Below, piece by piece: positions 57,868 to 64,000 of a stretch of DNA of 64,000 bases. The stretch comes from Patescibacteria group bacterium (GTDB lineage: Bacteria; Patescibacteriota; Patescibacteriia; UBA1558; GWA2-36-10): assembly GCA_041650755.1 (NCBI GenBank), contig JBAZKN010000005.1, forward strand, positions 580-64,579, in the 5' to 3' direction. The notes below the pieces were generated by a model. That model made no database searches, was not told where the DNA came from, and was given only the letters and a program-made list of their open reading frames with translations. Positions within the stretch are counted from its first letter, which is position 1; each line of letters opens with the position of its first letter. A program made the translations under genes and the position numbers.

Positions 57868-59349
57868 ATGAAAATATTAAATAAAATTTGGGCTGTCTGC
57901 AAAACAGAAAAGTTTCTTTTATTTGCTTTGTTTGTTTTAGTTTTCCTTTCTCGAGTTTTTTATCTGGGCACTAGTTTGTGGCATGACGATGCTTTTAATT
58001 TTGTTGATAAAGCCATTAATTTAGCAATCAATGGCCAGTATATCAGTGCTCACTCCAGCGGCTATCCTTTGTGGCTATTGATTTTAGCTTTGGGCCTCAA
58101 AATCGGGCACCACTTGACTGGTCAGTGGATGCTAGTTTTTATACCAAATTTTATTGTGGTGATTTTTGGCTCGTTGTTAGTCTTTCCGATTTTTATTTTA
58201 GCCAAAAGGCTGTTAGCTAATTATTATTATGCATTTTTGGCTACAATCGTAGTTTTACTTAATCCAGTCATTTGGCGCTGGAGCACGGTAGCTATGAGCG
58301 ATATTCCGGCTTTATTTTTTGCCCTGCTAGCTATTGTTTATTTTTTATATTATTTAGATAAAACCAAAAGCAGGGATTTGTTTTTTTCCAACCTTTGGCT
58401 TTTTATGGCCATGATGATCCGGCCGCAGTATGGTTTGCTGTTTTTGATATTTTTGATATTTTCGTTGATAAATTTTAAATTTGATATAAAAAGAATATTG
58501 CCCGTAGGTTTGTCCTGGGTGCTGGCGGTACTTGGGCTGGTCATTGGCTACGCGGCCTTTAATGATTGGCATTGGTTTTATTTTGGTAATACCTATGGTT
58601 CTTTTTTCCCTAATGCCGGGGAAGTTTTGACCACTCTACTCATCTTATCAAAAAGCATCGGTTTGTTTTGGGTAATTTTATTTTTGCTTGGCGCTTTTTA
58701 TTTATTTAAAAAAGACCGCCGTCATTTTTATTATTACAATTTGCTTTGGCTAATATCCGGCCTGTATCTGGCATCAACTTTTAGATTAAGGCATTTTGAT
58801 ATTGAGCGCTACGGATTATTGGTGACAATTTTTTTGCTGCTGATTGCCAGCTATGTTTTAAAAATAAACAAATTTACCAGAGCCGCTTTTTTGGCGGCGG
58901 CGGTGATTTCCTGCTTGATTTTGTGGCGGGGCCTAGTGTTGCCGGTAAATTTTTATAATGTTTATTTGCATGATGCTAATTTTTTTAAGGATTATAAACT
59001 AAAGGCCCAACAGCTGGCTGAGCAGAGGCTAGAGGACGGTGACCTGTCTAATTATCAGGATTTGGCTACTATTTTGAGGGATCAAGATGTAGTTTTTCAT
59101 ATTGGTATTGATTGGTCCATGCCAAAATTATTGTTGGCCGGAGCGCATTTGCCCCAGCATCCGACTTTAGTGCCCATTGATGATGAAAATCAATTAAAAC
59201 AAGCCCTAGAAAAATATAAGGGCCACCGTTTGTATTTATTGCGCGGAGTTTATGAAATGTATGAAGCTATGCCAGAGAGCAAAGATAGGCCAGTGGCTGA
59301 TGTGATACTTTATGGTCGATCTAGAATACATGTTTTGAGTAATAAATAA
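57868..59349 (+). CDS. GT-C fold (ArnT/PMT-like) membrane glycosyltransferase
   Basis: SLWHDD, GYP, MSD, IRP and ERY motifs; many TM segments. Confidence 0.8.
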   Translation: MKILNKIWAVCKTEKFLLFALFVLVFLSRVFYLGTSLWHDDAFNFVDKAINLAINGQYISAHSSGYPLWLLILALGLKIGHHLTGQWMLVFIPNFIVVIFGSLLVFPIFILAKRLLANYYYAFLATIVVLLNPVIWRWSTVAMSDIPALFFALLAIVYFLYYLDKTKSRDLFFSNLWLFMAMMIRPQYGLLFLIFLIFSLINFKFDIKRILPVGLSWVLAVLGLVIGYAAFNDWHWFYFGNTYGSFFPNAGEVLTTLLILSKSIGLFWVILFLLGAFYLFKKDRRHFYYYNLLWLISGLYLASTFRLRHFDIERYGLLVTIFLLLIASYVLKINKFTRAAFLAAAVISCLILWRGLVLPVNFYNVYLHDANFFKDYKLKAQQLAEQRLEDGDLSNYQDLATILRDQDVVFHIGIDWSMPKLLLAGAHLPQHPTLVPIDDENQLKQALEKYKGHRLYLLRGVYEMYEAMPESKDRPVADVILYGRSRIHVLSNK

Positions 59350-59415
59350 TTTTTATAAAAAGAAAACCGCCCCGCACCATACGGTGCAGGACGGCACTTG
59401 TCCGCGAATGCTAGT

Positions 59416-59814
59416 CTAGTTCCTATGCCAGACGTGGGTAGGCACCCACCCCAGCTCCTTGAGGCCGTAGTCACTATCCTCCATGATCGGTTCAGCGATC
59501 CTGACGCCTACCAGACGACGATCCTGGCTACTCGGGTTGAGATGCCGAGCAGCCACGCTGTCGATCAAGGCGTCCACGCTTTCGGGAGTGACAGTGAAGG
59601 ATGCCCAGGCCGGCGAGTCAACGTTCTGGGGATCGAAAGCCCAGTAAAACGTGACGTGCCGGAAGTGGACGTCAGGGAGCCTGGCATCCAGCTCTTCCTG
59701 TGTCGCCTGGAAGGGCGACATGGTGATCAGGTGAGGCTGGTAGTAGACGGTATTGTGGCCGCAACCAGCACTCAAGCCGATCAGAGCTAGGAGAGATATC
59801 GCAATGATCTTCAT
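59416..59814 (-). CDS. Hypothetical lipoprotein
   Basis: MKIIAISLLALIGLSAGC lipobox; visibly GC-rich. Confidence 0.6.
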   Translation of the reverse strand: MKIIAISLLALIGLSAGCGHNTVYYQPHLITMSPFQATQEELDARLPDVHFRHVTFYWAFDPQNVDSPAWASFTVTPESVDALIDSVAARHLNPSSQDRRLVGVRIAEPIMEDSDYGLKELGWVPTHVWHRN

Positions 59815-60032
59815 TGAGAATCCTTTCTGTGCTAAGGTCCTTCTTTTGCATTCTGTTTTTTGTGCTTTCGCACATTCCAGGGAACATTTGCCTTGCGGCA
59901 GTTTACAATTAATATTATATCATATATAGTATATTTTGTCAAGAATAGTAAAAATCAACCTTTTATTATTGACATTAAGTCTTTTTTTTGTTAATATTGA
60001 ACGCGTATTTTAAGAAGCAATAAAATTAATCT

Positions 60033-60350
60033 ATGTTAGCAGTAATAAAAACTGGTGGTAAACAATACTTAGTCAAAAAAGATGATGTTTTGAAAATAGA
60101 AAAACTGGCCGTGGAAAAAGGCGCCAGCCTAGTTTTTGATAAAGTTTTATTATTAGTCGATGAAAAAGGCGCCGTTACTTTGGGCAAGCCATATTTAGAC
60201 AAGGTTAGTGTTGAGGCTACTTGTGTTCGTAATTTTAAAACTAAAAAAATAGACGTTTTGAAATATAAAAACAAAACTCGCTATCGCAAGCGCTATGGCC
60301 ATCGCCAACAGCAAACTGAAGTCAAAATAACGAAAATCAATTCTAAATAA
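60033..60350 (+). CDS. rplU: 50S ribosomal protein L21
   Basis: AVIKTGGKQY, GHRQ. Confidence 0.96.
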   Translation: MLAVIKTGGKQYLVKKDDVLKIEKLAVEKGASLVFDKVLLLVDEKGAVTLGKPYLDKVSVEATCVRNFKTKKIDVLKYKNKTRYRKRYGHRQQQTEVKITKINSK

Positions 60351-60378
60351 AAAAATGGGCTCGCTAGTTGAGTCCATT

Positions 60379-60975
60379 TTATAATTTTTTTCTATTTTCT
60401 AGGGCCGAGCTTAAAGTCACTTCATCGGTGTATTCAATGTTGGCCCCCATGGGTATGCCGCGAGCCAATTGGCTGACTGTGACCGGATAATTTTTTAATA
60501 TTTTGGTAAGGTAAAGGCTGGTTGCTTCGCCTTCGAGGCTTTGATCCAAAGCCAGGATGACTTCTTTGATGGGGTCTTTATTGAGGCGGTTTTCCAATTC
60601 TTTGATTTTTAGTTTATCGGGCGTAATGCCGTCAATCGGGCTGAGCAAGCCGTTGAGCAGATGATAAGTGCCATTGTAGTGGTTGGTTTTTTCTATGGCT
60701 TCAATATCTTGGTGATGAGCGATTATGCAAACTGTGCCTTGATCTCTTTTTTGGTCTTGGCAGATATTACATAGTTCGTTGTCGCTAAGATTGAAACAAC
60801 GCGGACAAAAATGAACTTTCTGGTAAGCCTCATTCAGGCTATCAGCAAAATTTTTGAGATCCTCGCGGCGCTGGAGCAAATCAAAAGCTAGCCGGAGCGA
60901 AGTTTTTGGGCCAATGCCCGGCAGTTTGTCAAATTCGGCTACCAGCCGTGCTATGAAGTCAGGTAAGCGTTGCAT
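60379..60975 (-). CDS. recR: Recombination protein RecR
   Basis: LPGIGPKT, C4 zinc finger, EGEAT, LARGIPMG. Confidence 0.96.
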   Translation of the reverse strand: MQRLPDFIARLVAEFDKLPGIGPKTSLRLAFDLLQRREDLKNFADSLNEAYQKVHFCPRCFNLSDNELCNICQDQKRDQGTVCIIAHHQDIEAIEKTNHYNGTYHLLNGLLSPIDGITPDKLKIKELENRLNKDPIKEVILALDQSLEGEATSLYLTKILKNYPVTVSQLARGIPMGANIEYTDEVTLSSALENRKKL

Positions 60976-61268
60976 TATTTAAGACCAGGTAAATTTAAGT
61001 CACCGCGTTGTTGCATGGTCATGGCCATCTTGCGCTGTACTTTTTTGATAACATCAGCAATGGCTTCTTTGGTCAGTTTTTCCAGCTCAGCCTTGTGATC
61101 GTGAGATAAATATTCTCTTTTGATTTCCAATTCTTTTACTTCTTGGTTTCCATCCATGGTGATTTTGACGGCTTTATTTTCAGCCGTGACATTTTCTTTT
61201 GCCAAAACACCTTTGAGATCATTGGCTTGTTTGCGCAAATCATTGAATTGCTTGAGCTTGTTGAACAT
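60975..61268 (-). CDS. ybaB: YbaB/EbfC nucleoid-associated protein
   Basis: VKITMDGNQEV; adjacent to recR. Confidence 0.85.
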   Translation of the reverse strand: MFNKLKQFNDLRKQANDLKGVLAKENVTAENKAVKITMDGNQEVKELEIKREYLSHDHKAELEKLTKEAIADVIKKVQRKMAMTMQQRGDLNLPGLK

Positions 61269-61397
61269 AAAATTTAGTTTAAGATTAAAAAGTTATGAAA
61301 GTATTATACCTGTGTTTTGTTTAAATCTCAAGATAAGGCTTAATTATTTGATCAAGGTTTATACTTGTTAACTTTTTGCTTTATAATTTTGAACTAA

Positions 61398-62852
61398 TTA
61401 AGGTATATTTTGCCAGCCGCCGGCTATAGGGAAATCTTCCGTGGAGAGTGGTGATTCTAGTGAGCTCTCAGATTCTGTGATGGGCGGTGGAGTCAGGCTG
61501 CCGGCCGCTCTATCAGTATCTAGATTTTTGAAAGTCACTTTATTTTCGTCAAAGAACAGGCGTACTAGGCCGGTGGGTCCATTGCGGTGCTTATCAATAT
61601 GGATTTCCGCCACGTGTTTTTCTTCCTCCGGGCACTCGCCGCGGGTTTTATCTTTGACGCGGCGGTAGATGAACATTACAATATCAGCATCTTGTTCTAT
61701 GGATCCGGATTCACGCAAATCAGCCAGCTTTGGTATGGCCGGAGAGCGGCTTTCTACGGCCCGTGATAATTGGGAAAGAGCCAGCACCGGTATATCCAGT
61801 TCACGAGCGATTTGTTTTAGGCCGCGAGAAATTTCGGATATTTCTTGGACACGGTTTTCTTGGCGGCCGCCATTGTCCATTAGTTGCAGATAATCAACCA
61901 CTAGAAAGCCAAGGTTATGCTCCATTTTTAGGCGCCTAGCTTTGGTGCGTATTTCCATGACATTGGCGTTGGGCGAGTCATCGATAAAGATTGGCGCTTC
62001 TGATAATACGCCCATAGCTCTGCCAATGCGCGGGAAGTCATCATCTTCTTCTTTGTCAGATAGCTTGCCGGTGCGCATGCGCCACAAGTCAACTTCTGCT
62101 TCAGCGGCCAGTAATTTATCGACCAGCTGTTCTTTGGACATTTCCAGAGAAAACAAGCCGACTGGCACCTTAGCTTTGACGGCAATGCTGCGCACCAGAT
62201 CAAGGGCTAGAGTGGTTTTGCCGATAGACGGACGGGCAGCCAAAATGATTAAATCAGAATTTTGCAAGCCTGACAGTAAGCGGTCTAAACCAATGAAGTT
62301 GGTGGGTATGCCCCGAGTGCCTTGGCCGCCCTGCTTGTGCAATTCATCGATACGGTTGAAAGCCTCACCCAAAATATTTTTGATAGGAATAAAGTTGCGC
62401 TTGAGAGACTCCTGGGAAATAGCAAATAGTTTTTGCTCGGCTTTATCCAATAATTTATCAACATCTTCGTCTTCAGCAAAGCTGAATTCACTGATTTCTG
62501 CGGCAGCTTGCTCTAGTTTGCGCAGGGTAGCTTTTTTGTGGATGATATTGCCATAGTTGACCACATGGGCGGAGTTTGGTACGGCCGCTGTCAGCTCGGC
62601 TAGATACGCTTTGCCACCGACAGCTTCTAGTTGTTTTTTATCATGCAGGCGGTTGCTGACCGACAAGATATCGATTGGCTCATGATTTTCAAACAAATCC
62701 AAAATTGCTCGATAAATCATAGAGTGAGCATCTTTGTAAAAATCGCTAGCCCTTAGGGTGTCAGCTACTTTAATAACGGCTTCTTTGTCAATTAATAAAG
62801 CACCCAAAATACTGGCTTCAGCTTCTAAATTGTGCGGAGGAACTTTAGGCAT
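61398..62852 (-). CDS. dnaB: Replicative DNA helicase
   Basis: PPHNLEAE, AARPSIGKT, DYLQL, LSQLSR, DLRESGSIEQDAD. Confidence 0.97.
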   Translation of the reverse strand: MPKVPPHNLEAEASILGALLIDKEAVIKVADTLRASDFYKDAHSMIYRAILDLFENHEPIDILSVSNRLHDKKQLEAVGGKAYLAELTAAVPNSAHVVNYGNIIHKKATLRKLEQAAAEISEFSFAEDEDVDKLLDKAEQKLFAISQESLKRNFIPIKNILGEAFNRIDELHKQGGQGTRGIPTNFIGLDRLLSGLQNSDLIILAARPSIGKTTLALDLVRSIAVKAKVPVGLFSLEMSKEQLVDKLLAAEAEVDLWRMRTGKLSDKEEDDDFPRIGRAMGVLSEAPIFIDDSPNANVMEIRTKARRLKMEHNLGFLVVDYLQLMDNGGRQENRVQEISEISRGLKQIARELDIPVLALSQLSRAVESRSPAIPKLADLRESGSIEQDADIVMFIYRRVKDKTRGECPEEEKHVAEIHIDKHRNGPTGLVRLFFDENKVTFKNLDTDRAAGSLTPPPITESESSLESPLSTEDFPIAGGWQNIP

Positions 62853-63038
62853 GGGTCTGGTTTATTGGTAGAGTTAGCTTAACCTATTTTAAGGCTTTTT
62901 TCAAGGTAAAAATATAGACAGTTTATGCCCAAGTTATGAGCAAATTCAGCGAAATTATCTGGTCATTTACATACACACTTCCACTTTATTGACAGTTTAT
63001 AAAATATTGGGTATAATTTTCCCGTATTTTTACATTTT

Positions 63039-63115
63039 GCGCCTATAGCTCAGCCCGGTAGAGCAGTTGCCTTTTAAGCAAACGGTCCTAGGTTCGAATC
63101 CTAGTGGGCGCACCA
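63039..63115 (+). tRNA. tRNA-Lys(TTT)
   Basis: GCGCCTA/TGGGCGC acceptor stem; ct-TTT-aa loop; GTTCGAATC; CCA; upstream TTGACA..TATAAT. Confidence 0.92.
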
Positions 63116-63260
63116 CTCGACTCGTCGTCGTTTTACTACTCCTCGCTCGTGGTTTCAGTTCCTCACTTTGTTCGGAACCTCAACCATCATTCATGCAAGA
63201 CGAGGCGAGTGTCCCGGACAGAGTCCTCGAGCGAAGTCGAGAGGGCGTAGCCGAGGGACA
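63113..63260 (+). repeat. ~150-bp palindromic repeat starting at the tRNA CCA
   Basis: Homologous to the reverse complement of 35188-35339. Confidence 0.85.
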
Positions 63261-63412
63261 TTCGAGTCATAAGGCACGAGATATTGCATAGTTAATAAGT
63301 TCAACCCATTTTGGTTGTTTTTTTATTTGACCGAAATTTTAATTTATGGTAAAAACTAGACAAATTGTTCCTGTCAAAAGGTCTGCCAAACCCTTTAGAA
63401 AGGGGGTGTGCC

Positions 63413-63994
63413 ATGCTGCTGGCATTAGATTGCGATGGAGTGATGACCGATATCATGGAGCTCAGGTCACGGGTTCTACTGATCAAGTATAAGATCTGCA
63501 TAGAGCCCCGTCTGTGCAACCGACAGCATCTCATTGGTCAGGGCATCTTGCCCGAAACAGCCTATGAAGAGTTCTGCCAGACAGTATATCATGATCCGAA
63601 GTATGGCCATCTCCTGCGTTTGGCAGGTGGCGCTGCTTTTCACGTTGCGCGGCTTCAGTCAATGGGCCATGCAATCAAGATTGCTACCCGTCGGTCAAAC
63701 ACCGGTCTAGTAATCGTCCGCAGCTTGTTTGACCGCTACAACCTGTCTATCCCCATGCAGTCTGTACCGCGTGGCCAGAGCAAGGCTGAAGCCATTGCCG
63801 GCGCTTACGCTTATGTTGACGATGATAGGCGTGAGCTGGACATGCTTCTGGATGACGGGGTTTTGCCCACGCAGACCAGGCTGTATCTCTGGCGTCACAA
63901 CTACAATCAGGCGGCTAGCCTAGTTGGTTTGACTGGCGAAGTTCGGTCTTTTGCTGAGTATGCTCAGCTGGTCACTTCGTGGCAGCGCGAGTGA
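63413..63994 (+). CDS. HAD-superfamily hydrolase (5'-nucleotidase-like)
   Basis: LALDCDGV, IATRR, YVDD; start reassigned to ATG 63413 after a G-rich SD. Confidence 0.7.
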   Translation: MLLALDCDGVMTDIMELRSRVLLIKYKICIEPRLCNRQHLIGQGILPETAYEEFCQTVYHDPKYGHLLRLAGGAAFHVARLQSMGHAIKIATRRSNTGLVIVRSLFDRYNLSIPMQSVPRGQSKAEAIAGAYAYVDDDRRELDMLLDDGVLPTQTRLYLWRHNYNQAASLVGLTGEVRSFAEYAQLVTSWQRE

Positions 63995-64000
63995 GAGCGT

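Noticed and set aside
59398-59790. Plus-strand 130-aa ORF
   Set aside because: The opposite-strand ORF has a lipobox and an SD-like site; this one has no features.
38834-62852. Many short alternative-frame ORFs within housekeeping genes
   Set aside because: Fully overlap confidently identified genes and show no motifs.
63380-63412. c-di-GMP-I riboswitch (gccaaacc..gaaa..ggg)
   Set aside because: Lacks the second hairpin and the GCAAAG consensus; more simply an SD-containing hairpin.
1-64000. CRISPR array or cas genes
   Set aside because: No regularly spaced repeat-spacer series; the repeats seen are palindromic elements or coding duplications.

Overview
The window looks like chromosome from a Patescibacteria (CPR/Parcubacteria-like) bacterium. 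This is inferred from the mostly SD-less AT-rich leaders, the tandem gpmI genes, the short TsaB and the palindromic repeats. The right half (about 38.4-64 kb) is mostly housekeeping: pgk-eno-gpmI-gpmI, uppP, mltG, rplJL, mraZ-rsmH-ftsL-ftsI-murF, tRNAs, rplU, recR, ybaB and dnaB. The left half is accessory. It holds (i) a 7TM/GAF histidine kinase, (ii) a Cys-rich peptide plus radical SAM/SPASM pair, and (iii) a ~30 kb signal-peptide RHS/Tc-like polymorphic toxin locus. That locus has a 2584-aa main gene, a mini-RHS gene and four start-less toxin/immunity cassettes. It is interrupted by (iv) a ~13 kb capsid-less phage-like island with two serine recombinases, terminase, ParB-methylase and LexA. 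The island cargo operon combines a TM protein, a Thoeris-type TIR, an E2-like/SEC-C protein and a proteasome-like Ntn peptidase, which is a candidate undescribed defence system. At 57.3-57.65 kb a tRNA-Glu(UUC)-like gene is broken into six pieces by palindromic inserts, one of which carries an intact tRNA-Glu(CUC). All family assignments are from motif recognition by eye; no database searches were run.
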